Below are positions 13,301 through 25,414 of a DNA stretch of 64,000 nt, one piece after another. Position 1 is the first letter of the stretch, and each line of letters begins with the position of its first letter. Below the pieces are notes generated by a model. The model saw only the letters and a list, made by a program, of their open reading frames with translations, was not told the DNA's origin and searched no databases. The position numbers were made by a program, and so were the translations under genes. This DNA comes from Gracilinanus agilis. Lineage: Eukaryota. The stretch spans positions 601,478,868 to 601,542,867 of the forward strand of contig NC_058131.1 in assembly GCF_016433145.1 (NCBI RefSeq), read 5' to 3'.

Positions 13301-16300
13301 TGACGCTCTTAAGGAGCTGACCGTTCAGCCAGGAGCCTCTCTGGTTTGTTTTGTGGTTTCCACCATCTGACTCTTTGGGACTCCTTTTGGGGTTCTCTTG
13401 GCAAAGACACTGGAGAGGTTTGCCATTTCCTTCTTCAGCCCATTTGACAGATTAGGGGTAAGGGACTTGCCCAGGGTCACCCAGCTAGGAAATGTCTGAG
13501 GCTGGATTGGAACTTGGGTCTTCCTGACTCTGGGCCAGCTCTATCTGCTGGACCATCTAGCTGGGGCTATGGTGTGTGTGCTGATCTCTCCAGGGGCCCA
13601 AGTACAACAGAGGTCCAGGAGGCTTTTGGGTGGAGAGGCTGGCCTCCCCTCATCCTCCAGGCTCAGGTGGTGACACTTTCTGGCCTTTTCTCCCTTCGCA
13701 GCTGCAAGTGGAAGTGGATCGCCTGGAGGAGCTCAAGATTCAAAACATGAAGAAAGTGGTGGAAGCAATCCGCACGGAGCTGGCTCTGTACTGGGAAAAG
13801 TGCTTCTACAGCCAGGAGCAGAGGAAAGCCTTTGCCCCCTACTACGATGGTGAGTATGGCTTGCGACTGGGCTGACAAGCATTAGCTCCTTAAAGGTGTT
13901 TTGTTGATATCTTGTTTTTACATTGTCAAAATTTCCTCATCTCCGTTTCCCAGAGAGCCATCCCAGCTAACAACTTGATTTTTTTTAACTCTTACCGTCT
14001 ATCTTAGAATCAATACTGTGGATTGGCTTCAAGGCAGAAGAGTGGTAAGGGTGAGGCAATGGGGGTTAAGGGACTCATCCAGGGTCACACATTATATGGG
14101 GAATAGTCTTTTTTTTTTTTTTTTTTTTTTTAAGAAAGAAAAAAGAGGAAGAGAGAAAATCTGCAAAACTGTTCAGTATATCCAAAAAAAATTTGACTAT
14201 ATGCAATGTTTCCATACCCATGGACCAGTGTACCTTCATTTTTACAGGAGGCATGTTAGGGAGGTATCAAGAAATTTTTTAAAAATAAGTTTTTATTGAT
14301 AATTTGTTTCCTGCCAGAGAACCATCCTACATAAGAAATAGTATTTTTAAAATAATAATAATAATAATAAATTTAAGATAAAAGGTACATTTAAATTAGA
14401 ATATTAATTTTTAAGACATGAGTAGATCCAAGTGAAATTTAAATAAGATATAGTGCCTGCCCTTATAGAAGTTCTAGTCTTAATAGGAAGGATGTGGCAT
14501 ATTCATAAATAATGATAATATCTATAAATCCATAAGTGGTAAGGTAGAACTCCACTATTACATCTCTGCTATATAAAGATCATTCTCTGTGTGCCTTGGC
14601 ACTGGGTGTTTCCTCCCTCCTCAGGTCCCTGCCTCCTGGAAAGCCCAGGGCCGCCCCCCCAATTAGTGCTGCCCCGAGTTAGTGCCACGCCGCTCGAGAT
14701 CGCTGTGTTTGCTTCTCTGTTTGACTCTCTTCTGCTCCCCCCAAAATAAGCAACCACTGAGTCCTTTTGTCTGTCCCCAGCGTTAACACAGTCCCTGCAC
14801 GGTTTGGGGGTTGGGAGAATGGGTGAAAAGTGAGGCAGGGTCTCAAACCTATGATTTCATTCATTTGGGGAGCTTCGTGGACAGGAAAATCCCTCCCCTG
14901 CTGCAGATCAGCCATGTTTCAGCCATGATATCTCAGAACTGCCCAGCATCATATAGCCAGCCTGTGGCTGGAGCAGGGCCAGGGCACCTTGGACATAGGG
15001 CCTCCAGGCCGGGCCCCCTCATGCCTGCTCCTGGCCTCTAGTAGGTGCTGTTTGGAGGCTATTGTAGTCCAGAGTTTCCCTTGTGAGGATTTATACCTGG
15101 GGGACAGCGAGAGGAATGGCAGGGAGAGAGGAGAGAGGACTGAGGTAGGATGAGGAACCTCTAAACCTGTGTGGAGGGGGTGGGGAGGTGTCCTCAAGGC
15201 CACTGAAGAGAAGTCAGAGCCGAAGGTGGAGATGGGAGGGCGAAGGAAAGCCAGAGACGGTCTCGGGCAGCCAGAGGAATGGGAGAGGGGACCTTGGGGA
15301 GCCCTTGAAGCGGAGGAGAAAGGGGATCCCCAAAGGAGGTCGAGGAAGAGAGGCCTGATGGAGAAAAGAGAACATGGGGCTGGAACAGGAAGTGGGACGG
15401 AGCCCCAAGGGAGCAGAGAGCTTTTTCACAGTTTCCCCTGGAAATAGAGAAGAGAAAGCCAGGGAGGGCCATTGGAGGGTCAGATAGTAGGTGGGGTGAC
15501 CCAGGAAAAAGAGCAGAGGGGCAACGAAAGGCGCCTGAGAGAGAAGGAGCCACGGGTAGAACAAGGACCTAAAGAAGGTGTCGAGCCATTGGCATCCAGC
15601 GGAGGAAATCCATGGAGCCGAGCATCCCCGTCTGAGAGCTGAGGCCTGAAGGAGTCGCCTCATGTCCCCCCAGGACAGAGATCGTGTGTGCAGAAAGGGG
15701 AAGGGAAGGGGCCCTGCTTTCTAGCCATGCCTTTGGGACCTGTCGCATATAGCCTGGAGAGGCACTATCCAATGGGGAGAGTGTATGGGCTCCTGAGGAG
15801 GGAGTCAGCCTTCAAGCCCTCCTCTTTATTTTTAAAACCCTCATCTAATGTTTTAAGGGTCAATACTACGTATTGGTTCTAAGGCAGACGAGTGGTACGG
15901 ACTAGACTAGACGATGTGGGTGAAGTGACTTGCCCAGGGTCACCCAGCTAGGAAGAGTCTGAGGCCAGATTTGGGCCTCCTGTGTCTAGGCCTGGCTCTC
16001 CATCCTCCAACCTCCTAACTGCCCCCCCTCCCATCCTTTAAAAACAAAATGCAGCTCACACGCCGCCCTTCCAGCTGTCCTTCCCCTGACCCCAGGCCTC
16101 CCGTCTCTACTCCATCGCAGTTTCCCTCCCGGCCTCATCCCTGATCAAGACCGTTCCCTCCCATGTCACCGCCGATCTCTTCCTGGGCATTTCCGGGGTC
16201 TTCAGTTCTCATCCTTGGCCGTCGGGTGGATGTGGTGCCTCTCCCTGACCCTTCACCCTGGACGCTCTGTCCTGGAGCCTCGTCAGCTCCCCCAGGCGGG

Positions 16301-19300
16301 CAGAGTGACGGCCAGCCTCTGCCTTGGACGTCAGGCCTGCTTCCCCCCTGCCCGCTGGGCACTTGAAATGGTTCTTAGGCTAGAACGGCTCCCGTGCCGC
16401 CCTCTTCCTCATTGGGGCCCAAAGCCGCCGTCTCCTGCCCAGGCTCGACGTTGCCGGGGAGGTCCATCTGCGGGTGTCTGCGGCAGGCTGACCCTATTCC
16501 CAGCATTCATTTAGAGTATTTTCCCGTGGTTACACGATTCATGCTCTCACAATTCCATGGGTTTTACTTGTGTCATCCATCCAGACCTATTTCCACGTTA
16601 TTGATATCTGCTCTGGGGTGATTGTTTAGAGTCCACGTCCCCAGTCATGTCCCCATTGACCCATGTGGTAGATCACATGTTTTTCTTTTGCGTTTCTGCT
16701 CCCACAGTTCTTCCTCTGAATGTGGCTAGTTTTCTTTCTCATCAGTCCCTCAGAATAGTCCTGGGTCATTGCATCGCTGCTGGTACAGAAGTCCCTTATG
16801 TTCGATTGTGCCACCCTCCCTCCCTCCCTTTAAGGCGGCTCTCGAGCCCCCTCGTCCCTGGAGCCTTCCCCAGGCCTTTCCCCCTGTCCTTCGATGCTCC
16901 CCCAGGAAGGGTTGTTGGCCCTTTTGGGTCCGCATCCTGGCATGGAGCGGTCCCTTAGCGGAGGCTTAGCCATCCCTTCCCAGTGAGAGGAGGAGCCGTT
17001 GGGTTTTAGGGGTGAAAGCAAGCGAGGGAGGAGGCCGGCTTTGGCTCCTCGCTCGGGGTGCTCCAGAAGGGGGACGGGAGGAGAAGGCGGGCTAGAGAGA
17101 CGCTTCCCTGGACTCTTGTGCCCCCGCAGAGGACTACACGGAGACGCTGCTGCAGCTCCATGACGCCGAGCTCGTGCAGCTGAAGCACTACTACGAGGCT
17201 CACAAGGAGCTCTTCGAAGGCGTCCAGAAGTGGGAGGACAGCTGGAAGCTCTTCCTGGAGTTTGAGGTACTTCATGAGCGCGCGGCGTGCCTGGCCAGGA
17301 GGCTGCCCTCTCCCACCGCGCCCCGAGGCCGGCTCTGCCACGCCGCTGTGCTCACAGCCTGGCTCGTGTCTCCTGAAGGGTCAGCTGGGTGGGATGGAAG
17401 GCCTGGAAGGAAGCATGTGCTGCCACCGGCATTCGCCAGGTGGTCTCCTTCCATCTAGAATCAATACCGTATATTGGTCCCAAGGCAGAAGAGCAGTCAG
17501 GGCTGGGCAATGGGAGTGAAGTGACTTGCCCAGGGTCACCCAGCCAGGAAGTGTTTGAAGCCAGGATCTTTTCTCACTAGGTCCGGCTCTCTAACCACTG
17601 GGCCACCCAGCTGCCCCCTGGACCACAAGTTCTAACAGAAGTCTTTTGTCCGCAGAGAAAAGCCTCGGACCCAAGCCGATTCACAAATAGAGGTGGAAAT
17701 CTCCTGAAGGAAGAGAAGCAGAGAGCCAAGCTCCAGAAGACTCTCCCTAAGGTACGCCCTGTTTCCTGGCCTCCCACAGGACCCTTCTCACCCCACAAAA
17801 GTGGCCCCTGGAGAATTTTTGACTTCATGCCAGTCCCTAGGAGGAGATGGAGGCTGCCGGGGGCACTTCCTGCAGAGTGGCCCAAGGAATAAATCCCCAC
17901 TGAGCCGCGGGGCCCCCCGGAGACCTCCTTGTCCCGGCCTTGGCCCTCACTAGCGTGGCTCCTCTGGAGCTCCCCCGTCCCGAGGCCACAAAACTGGCCT
18001 GTACCGGGCAGCCTTTCCCCAGGCCGGCGTGGGCTCTGCTGCCACTTTTGCCTTTCCTCGGGCAGTCTGTGCCAGGCCCGCCTGAGAGCGAGGAGGAGGA
18101 GGCTCTCCATCTTCCTCCTGTCCTTCCTCCTCTGTGGTTGTGAATAAACCCCGCTAGGTGATGGAGCGCGCCCCGACGCCCCAGGACTTCCCCTGAAGCG
18201 CTCTGTGGGCTCCCGGGTGAGGCCCGCCGCCCTGACGTGTCTCTTTGTGGCGTAGCTGGAGGAGGAGCTGAAGGGCCGGATCGAGCTGTGGGAACAGGAG
18301 CGCGCGCAGGCCTTTGTGGTGAACGGGCAGAAGTTCATGGAGTACGTGACGGAGCAGTGGGAGCTGCATCGCCTGGAGAAGGAGAAGGCCAAGCAGGAGA
18401 GGGTGAGGGCCGGGCCGGGGGGCCGGGGGCCGCGGGGCGGCCTGGCAGGGACTGAGCCCTGCCTTTGGGCCTTTCTCTTGCAGCAACTCAAGAAGACCCA
18501 GCAAACGGAGGCGGAGATGCTGTACGGCAGTACTCCCCGGACGCCCGGCAAGCGGCGAGGCCCGGGCCCCAACACACCCGGCAAAGTCCGCAAGGTAGAG
18601 GAGGGCGCCCTCTGCGGGAGGTTCCCCGGGCCGGAGCCAGTCTGCTGAGGTCCCGTGACAGGTGGTGAGGCGCTTGTCCTCGGCGCTTAGAGCGCCAGCA
18701 CATAGAATGGCCCTAGACGGGTTTAGAGTTTCTCAGGAAGTCCAGTTAAATGAGTTGGAATGTGACGCTATAGGTGGAGGCATCAAGGCTGTGCGGCGGA
18801 CAGAGCCCTAGACCCGCTGGGCCACCCTGGGCAAGGCCCTTCACTCCCTTCCGCCTCAGTTTCCTCTTCTGTAAAAGGGGGAGGATCTCAGGCCTTCCCT
18901 CCCCAAGTTGTTGGCGAGGTGATAGCTCGGGGTGCTGCGGACATCCGTGGCAGCCTCTCGGAGAAGGCCTGGAAGGCCGGGCGTCTTTGAATGATGAAGG
19001 AGAACAAAGGGCGCTCCTGGGTCCTGGGCATTTCCACAAATGACCAGACCGGACATTCCGGGGAGCCGGAAGCGCTTTTGTGTTACAGGATCTCCAGTTA
19101 TTCTAGTTTATTCTTGAACTTGACAAGCATTTTGCTCTGGGATGCTTTTCATTTCACATATGTTACGTTTCTAGAGCCCGGCGCAACGTCTGGCCCTCGA
19201 GAAGCACTTCATGAGTACTGGGGGGGGGTGGGGGAGGTGCCCTTCGCCCTGCTCTGGGGGCCTGGTCTTCTGGGGGTGTCAGAGCTGGAGGCGATTGCCT

Positions 19301-22300
19301 AGTGCCCCCCCCCCCAAGGCCATCTCATCATGGCCATGGTTTTACATTTACATAACAAATAAGGACGTTTTTTAAAAAAAAAAAAGCCTTTTGTGTAGGG
19401 GCTGTAAAGTGACACATGGCCACGGCATCCTCTGCCTCTGTTCCTCTCTCTGGTCATGGATGCTACGCTATAGTCTGGCCTATGAGAGCAAACAATTTTA
19501 TTTCTATTTTATTTTCTTCCAGACGTGAGCTTTCTAGCTCAAATTTGTTTTGAATAAAGTTCAGATTCCTTTACACATTTAATTGACACCTTTTTTTTTT
19601 TTTTTTTAACTACTGGTCCTTCATTCAAGGCTTGTGTCCATGTGCTGTGAAGAGAATTTTGTATAGAATTATTTAAAACATTGTAGCAGCTGATTTTAAT
19701 AACTAGGTACTAACAGGAATATATTGTAGGAGCTGTTGGTCTTGCTTCCTTTCCTGTGAGCATTTCTGCTCTATCTCCAGTTTTGAATGATGTGCATTTA
19801 AATTAGTGGCTTGCTTTTTTCCCCAGCATTCCAAATTTAGTTAATACATGGTGCATTCACATTTGGGTTGGCAAGTTTACTTTGCAAAGTTGCCTTGAAA
19901 GGGGAATTATTTTTCGGATTTGTATCAAATGGTTCAAGTTATAAGTTGAAACTTGCACTAACTTGTCAGGACGTTAGTTAGGCCCTATTGCATGTCATAG
20001 GTTCCTCTCTGGACGGGATGAATGCCTCATCCCACGTAGTCGCTTTGTTCAGGTGCCCCCTTCCTGGCCTGCTCTCCTGGACAGGAGAAGGTCCAGAAAT
20101 GAGGATGTTAACATGTCGCTGGCCCAGGCTGTGCCACTAACCTCCCTGCTCTTCCCCTTCAGCTTAATGCCACCACCGTGTCCTCCGCCACTCCCAATAG
20201 CACCATGCGCTCCATCTTTGGCGGGACTGTCTACCATTCCCCAGCGGCCCGCCTGCCGCCCTCCGGAGGCAAGGTCAGTCTGTGGGGTGCATGCGCTGTT
20301 CTTGCACTAACTCATCCCCCCAACAACTATTCCACGTTGTTCTAGCCGGGCATCCCCGAGCCGCTCATTGTCTCGTGAGGCGTAGTTAGGCTGGACTAGC
20401 CCATGGCATTACTATCTGGTGTCGTATCTGCCTGGCTCAGGAGGCCGAGGGTCTGGGGAGGGTCCCTGCTGGCCCTGAGGGCCCTCATGAAGTCACGGAT
20501 GCTGGAGCAGAGACAGACATCGGTGCTCTACGAGTGCTGTCTGGCCTAGAGCTTTCAAGGGGGAGGTGGGGAAGGAGGGCTTGGCATGGCCCATTCCAGA
20601 TGGGAGTGTTTGGTAAAGAATCGAGCACTCCCATTCTGAATAAAACCCCAAAGACTTCAACAGCGCAGCAGCTCTTGCACCCTATTCCAGTGGCTTAGGC
20701 TAGCAGGTGCAAGGTCGGGCTCCACGATTGACTGTCTGATCTGTAGGGGCCAGCCTAGCCGAGCCCCTGCCCAGAGGGTCATCGCCAGGTTGGCCACAGG
20801 GTTGTGCGTTTTTGGGGCAAGCATCACACAGTCGATTATAGAGGGGTGGCCATCTGCCATGCCGACGGAAACCTGACCCCAAAAGAGCACTCTATCCAAA
20901 CACGTTATCATCCTCTTAAATGTTTGGGGTGGCTTTAGACACGGTCACAACGGTTCATGCGAAGGATAACTTACCTTCTTCTCCTTGTTTCCTTTGGGCA
21001 GCCATCCAGGACTCCCAGCCGCCCGGGGCCAAGGACGGCCCCTCTGGGCAGGCAGGGGCACAACAAAGAGAACATTGAGTTGAGTGGCAGCATCCTGACC
21101 GGTGGGTGTCCCTACTCGACCCCTCTCCAGCGTAACCTCACCGTTAATTCTGTTGCCAGCACCTATTCTGAGTTTGCGGTAATTTACCTTTTCTAAAATC
21201 TACCAATCCCTGGGGAGCACACAGTCAGGGCGGGGTGGGGAGAGCCAAGGGGGACACAGCTCCTCTGCCGGGGCAGGGTCAGCTCTGGGCGGAGAAACCT
21301 CTTTTGGTGGGAAGTCCTGTGCAGGAGGACGATTGGTGACGATGATCGGACGTCTAAATTAAATCCTTCTGTCCGAGACAAAGCATCCCTTAGCTGCAGA
21401 AGGACAGGCCCCTGAACTCACATTCATGTAGTGACCACCTGGGTGCTCTCTTGGTGGAGTTCTTGGTAACCGTCTCACTTCTTTGTTCTGTAGAAGGACC
21501 CCTCCCTCTTTGACTGCTCATCTGTGGGCTCTCAGGTGTGTATGTCCCTGCATGTCCCCTCTTCCTCCACACCTCCCGAGTAGCTCTGCCGGGAGACGCT
21601 CTGTACTAACCCTGGCCTCAGCCCCGTTCCCAGAGCCTACCGGCGCAGGGGAGCAGGAAAGCCTGGTGAGGAAGCTTAGAACGGGACTGTGGGCTTTCTC
21701 GAGTCCTTAATGCTCAGTTGTCTTTTATAAAAACTTGCTTCCGACCTCCACCTCCACTCAGGCAGCTCTCTTCCTGGGGCAGCTCCCCACCCCGAGCTGG
21801 GAGCACAGGCCTGGGGGCCCCAGGCACTGTTTGGGGAGAGAAGGGACGGAACCCTGACTGTGTGCTTCCTGTATTCAATTCCTTTGGGCCTGTGTGTTGA
21901 TTATTTCATGGAGTATATGCCTCACTAACCCCTGTCCCCGAGACTGCTTCCTTTCTGTCCGCTGTAAGCTAGCTAACGCTCCTTTGCCTGCTTTCCCGTT
22001 TCTGCTACACGACGCTGCTTGGATATTTGAGGCACTGAAGGGCCGAGATTTTCCAGACTAGCACTGCATGCTGATCCAAGCACCGTACCGGGTTCGAGAC
22101 CCTTATGCCTTGGTTTGCTATCCTCCCCCCATTTACCCTCTAACAACAGCTATTAACACCTGTAATCGAACGAGGCCAAGCTTGCGATGCTCCCCTTTCC
22201 CTCATTAGGAGGAGCGAGGCCGTTGTCACTCCTTCAGGCCCTGCCTTTTCAGTCATCAGGCTCCCAGGCCGCGTGGGGAGGCCCAGGGATGGTGACATCA

Positions 22301-23523
22301 GATGCCTTATGCCGGGGTCACGGCAGGAAGCAGATTCCTTCAGAATATCATAGTTTAGGAATTTGGCATCATTGCCTCTTCAGTTATTGAAATGTAGGGG
22401 TTTTTTTGTTTTTGTTTTTGTTTTCAAAAAAAAGCCTCTTTTCTGGATTTAGCTCCATCTCTGAAAGGGTGACCTTTGCAGCAGTGATCACCGAGATAAC
22501 CTAAGAGTTGCTGAGGCCACTCCCTCGTTCTCTCAGTCTTGCACAGGCCAGAACTATTGAAGAAGTCTAACCCCAGGGGCAGCAAGCCAGGTCTGGAGAT
22601 GGGAGGTCCCGAGTTCAAATGTGCCCTCAGGTGTTTCCTAGCTCTGTGTCCTTGGGCAAATCGCTTCACCCCAATTGCCTAGCCCTTACTGTTCTTCTGC
22701 CTTGGAACGGATACTTTAGTACTGATTCTAAGTCAGAGTTTTAAAAGAAACAAGTAACCAGTATTCCCTTTGGGCCCAGGTGTTCCCATGCCTGGTGTTT
22801 CCGGGAAGATCTCCTGAGGAGCCACAGCTTTGCCTTCCCCACTGTCTGTAGTCCTGCCTGTTTCAATCTAACATCCATTAACATCTTCCTATAACTAACT
22901 TGGCCTTTCCCTTCGCCTACCATGTGCTCCAGCATGAGATGAAATCATCAGCAGGTCACAGGGCTTTCAGCCCCAGGGATTGGTAGATCTGCGGGCCCTG
23001 ATCAGTAGAGGGATCACGGGCCGCTGCTTCGTCCCCTTTGCTGCCCTGGGCTCCAGCTCTTCGCCTTGTCCACAGAGCTTTTTGGGGCTCCATTTGGGCC
23101 TTTCTGTTTTACAGAAGAGGCTCTTTCCCAACCCAGTGTGACTTGGGGGGTATGCATGTGCATCTGAGCATTTTCTGTGACTAACTGAATGCACAAAGCC
23201 TGACTCGTGTCCTTAACACAGCTTTGGCTGGGACTGATGACTATGATCTGACCCGTGTCCACATCACGGTGACATCCTCTCCCCTGCTTGCCATTCTGAG
23301 AAGCCTGGCTGTCTCTTGCCATTGGGACTCCCCAGAGCTGCTGTGCTGACAGGGAGGGGGAAAGAAGAGTCCCTCACTCATCGGGCAGCTTCCTGGGCTT
23401 CTCACCCCCAGTCCTCGCCTAGCTTTCCTGACTCCTTTTCTCTTCCAACAGCGAGAACTTTCAAAGGCTTCCAGATCTGACGTCCCTTCTCGAATCCTCA
23501 ATTCTACCAATATCCAGTCCTGA
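10028..23523 (+). CDS. PRC1: Protein regulator of cytokinesis 1 (MAP65/Ase1/PRC1 family), coding exons 2-15; exon 1 not in window
   Basis: 14 GT-AG exons: 10028-10160, 10340-10462, 11110-11343, 11420-11590, 12855-13004, 13702-13849, 17130-17266, 17656-17751, 18256-18402, 18484-18594, 20163-20273, 21002-21178, 21494-21535, 23452-23523. Phases are consistent. With an 11-nt exon 1 the total is 1863 nt = 620 aa. Translation starts SEVLAEESVVCLQKALNRLREIWELIGI and ends ILNSTNIQS*. Confidence 0.97.
10244..10303. repeat. (AC)30 microsatellite in PRC1 intron 2
   Basis: Direct reading. Confidence 0.97.
10340..10462 (+). CDS. PRC1: PRC1 exon 3
   Basis: ctag|GGC...GAA|gtacgt, 123 nt, GLLEMMIAEEESLKERLLK. 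Confidence 0.96.
11110..11343 (+). CDS. PRC1: PRC1 exon 4
   Basis: gcag|GAG...AAG|gtaggt, 234 nt, EKEESTILQLEKDLRTQV. Confidence 0.96.
11420..11590 (+). CDS. PRC1: PRC1 exon 5
   Basis: atag|ACG...CAG|gtgcgc, 171 nt, KRQIILCMEELDHTPDTSFERDVVCED. Confidence 0.96.
12855..13004 (+). CDS. PRC1: PRC1 exon 6
   Basis: ttag|CTG...GCG|gtaggg, 150 nt, LEMRKAQNEAVCEGLR. Confidence 0.96.
13702..13849 (+). CDS. PRC1: PRC1 exon 7
   Basis: gcag|CTG...GATG|gtgagt, 148 nt, LQVEVDRLEELKIQNMKKV. Confidence 0.96.
15830..16030 (-). mobile_element. SINE1_Mdo-type SINE
   Basis: gtgacttgcccagggtcacccagctagg core with SINE1 tail. Confidence 0.8.
17130..17266 (+). CDS. PRC1: PRC1 exon 8
   Basis: gcag|AGGAC...GAG|gtactt, 137 nt, EDYTETLLQLHDAE. 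Confidence 0.96.
17441..17619 (-). mobile_element. SINE1_Mdo-type SINE in PRC1 intron 8
   Basis: ccttccatctagaatcaatac...cagctgcccc. Confidence 0.8.
17656..17751 (+). CDS. PRC1: PRC1 exon 9 (microtubule-contact loop/helix)
   Basis: gcag|AGA...AAG|gtacgc, 96 nt, RKASDPSRFTNRGGNLLKEEKQRAKLQKTLPK. Confidence 0.97.
18256..18402 (+). CDS. PRC1: PRC1 exon 10
   Basis: gtag|CTG...AGG|gtgagg, 147 nt, LEEELKGRIELWEQE. Confidence 0.96.
18484..18594 (+). CDS. PRC1: PRC1 exon 11 (CDK1 sites T470/T481, basic patch)
   Basis: gcag|CAA...AAG|gtagag, 111 nt, YGSTPRTPGKRRGPGPNTPGKVRK. Confidence 0.96.
20163..20273 (+). CDS. PRC1: PRC1 exon 12
   Basis: tcag|CTT...AAG|gtcagt, 111 nt, LNATTVSSATPNSTMRSIFGGTVYHSP. 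Confidence 0.94.
21002..21178 (+). CDS. PRC1: PRC1 exon 13 (with internal alternative donor after 21101)
   Basis: gcag|CCA...GCG|gtaatt, 177 nt, NKENIELSGSILTGG...NSVASTYSEFA. Confidence 0.94.
21494..21535 (+). CDS. PRC1: PRC1 exon 14 (42-nt cassette exon)
   Basis: gtag|AAG...CAG|gtgtg, KDPSLFDCSSVGSQ, homologous to human KDPSLSDSSTVGLQ (from memory). Confidence 0.88.
22575..22750 (+). mobile_element. SINE1_Mdo-type SINE
   Basis: ggggcagc...gattctaag...tttaaaa. Confidence 0.8.
23452..23523 (+). CDS. PRC1: PRC1 exon 15 (terminal coding exon)
   Basis: acag|CGA GAA CTT...CAG TCC TGA, RELSKASRSDVPSRILNSTNIQS*. Confidence 0.96.
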   Translation, partial: RELSKASRSDVPSRILNSTNIQS

Positions 23524-24007
23524 GATGGCCCTCAGCATCCTCCCCATTGTGGCTTCCCTGTGCCAACACTGGACCTAAAGACCTAAAGACACTGGGATGG
23601 CTTGTGTACATATTTTATATATATATATATACAAATCTCTCTTTTATTTCAGGCTTATTTTCAATTAAGGAGATGTTTAAACCAATGACTGGATCCAAAG
23701 CTCAGGGTCTGATAAAAGATTACAACCATTGTGGACAAGCCTTTTATAGGCCCAGTTGGTCCTAGAGACATAATCAGAAATTCTTCCTCATTGACTCTTA
23801 AAGTAAAACTAGTATGGTGTAAATAGCTCAAAGTGTAAATTTGAATATTCTAAAAGTCCTAGAGTTTTTACTCTGTTCCTCGACTTACTGAAGTGAGTTT
23901 AAGAATGTCATTTTTGTTCCTTTAGTGGAATAGAAGATGACTGATGGAATCTCTCCTTTGTATAGGTTATACATTTTCACTATGTAATTTTGGCTCATGA
24001 ACTAATA

Positions 24008-24013
24008 ATTAAA
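24008..24013 (+). terminator. Candidate PRC1 polyadenylation signal (ATTAAA)
   Basis: About 485 nt after the stop, in AU-rich 3'UTR-like sequence followed by a U/GU-rich tract; an alternative AATAAA lies at 24876. Confidence 0.4.
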
Positions 24014-25414
24014 ATGTTTTCATTTTGTGGATTTTTAATGAATTAACCCCTTTAGTTTTGTTCTCTTCTCTCAAAGGGATATCTCCTTCACTTTCATCAC
24101 TTAGGAAAGCCTACTGACTATAAGTACAGTCCATATAATCTGCTTCTTTATTTGAAATAGATAGTGTATAAGGAAAACACAAATTACTGCCAAAGAACTG
24201 ACTGTGGAAGATTAGGGGAAATCCCTGGACGGAAGAGAACTTGCCCTGTCCCTTCTTCCCACCTTCTCTATTTATGTTGTCTTTAGTTATGTCGGTTGTT
24301 ACGCCTCTTTCCTCTCCAAAAAAGTTAAGCCCATGAGCCTTGTGTGTGTGTCTATGGTCATGTTCCTTCTACTCGGCTCTCCTTCTGTCTGAATGTCCGT
24401 CTTCCTCTCGTGCGTTAAGGGGGGAAGTTACAAAATTGGTTCTTGATTTTACGAGTAAACATCTGGAATTCTCTTTCTAATGCTAGGGAGCTGCTTTGTA
24501 CTGTTCACAATGCTGAAGAATCATGCTGATGTACTTGATCACCCTGGCTCTCCCCAAAGCACTATCTTATTCTTTGCCTGGGTCTTTCTTCAGTTTGTAT
24601 GCCTGAGCACATGCTGCTATGTTTATCACATTAAATGGTTCTCAAAAGTTTGTGTGTGGATTTGTTTTGTATAGTTGCTAGTCACTTCACAGCAGCCATC
24701 TAAGGCAGCAGCTCTTTCCCACAGGAGGCCTCTTTACAAAGGACTCTCCAACTACTGTCCAGGCCTTCTAGAACTCTGTGCATATAAATGTGTAACTTGT
24801 GCATAGGATTCTGGGTAAAGAGCCTAGAAGGAACCTTCAAAACCTTAGTCCAATTTCCCTCCATCTGCAGATAAGAATAAAAGGCTTGGAGAATCCAGTT
24901 CAAGGCAATTTGTCTGCCACTCACAATGACTACTACTTGCAGGGAGGCAAAGCTGGGATCTGCACCCAATTCCTCTCCAGTGTACCATATTGCTTCCTGA
25001 TAAAAGAAAAATAACCATGTAAAACAAATGAATATACTTTATTTACATGACAAAAGTTGATACTATATAAAAATAAGGGGTTTTTGGGGGGAATTCAACA
25101 TATAAACTGGGACACCTCTCTATTTTACAAATCAATCAGAATTAGAAAAAAAGTAGAGCTTTATTTCATAGTATAACAAACCATCAATGATAGTAATAGT
25201 TGGGCTTTGGAAAGTGAGAATGTCTCTACACAGGAACCAAAACAGTTGTTTCCTCTTTCACCTGAGGCCCAAGAACTTATTTTAAAGATCAAGAATCCCG
25301 AAGTAGAATGGAAAGAGCCCTGAACTGAACAGAGGATAAAGGGTTGTCACACATCTTCTACTCGTTCTCTGAGCAAATAATTTGCTGTCTTTTGTAAGAG
25401 GGAGATTTTAGATA

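Noticed and set aside
17577-18593. 338-aa minus-strand ORF
   Set aside because: It is the antisense shadow of GC-rich PRC1 exons 9-11 and their GC-rich introns, with no recognisable protein features.
22150-22356. Possible alternative last exon of PRC1 (acceptor at 22149, about 68 codons)
   Set aside because: No similarity to any PRC1 C-terminus I know and no nearby polyA signal; too weak to call.
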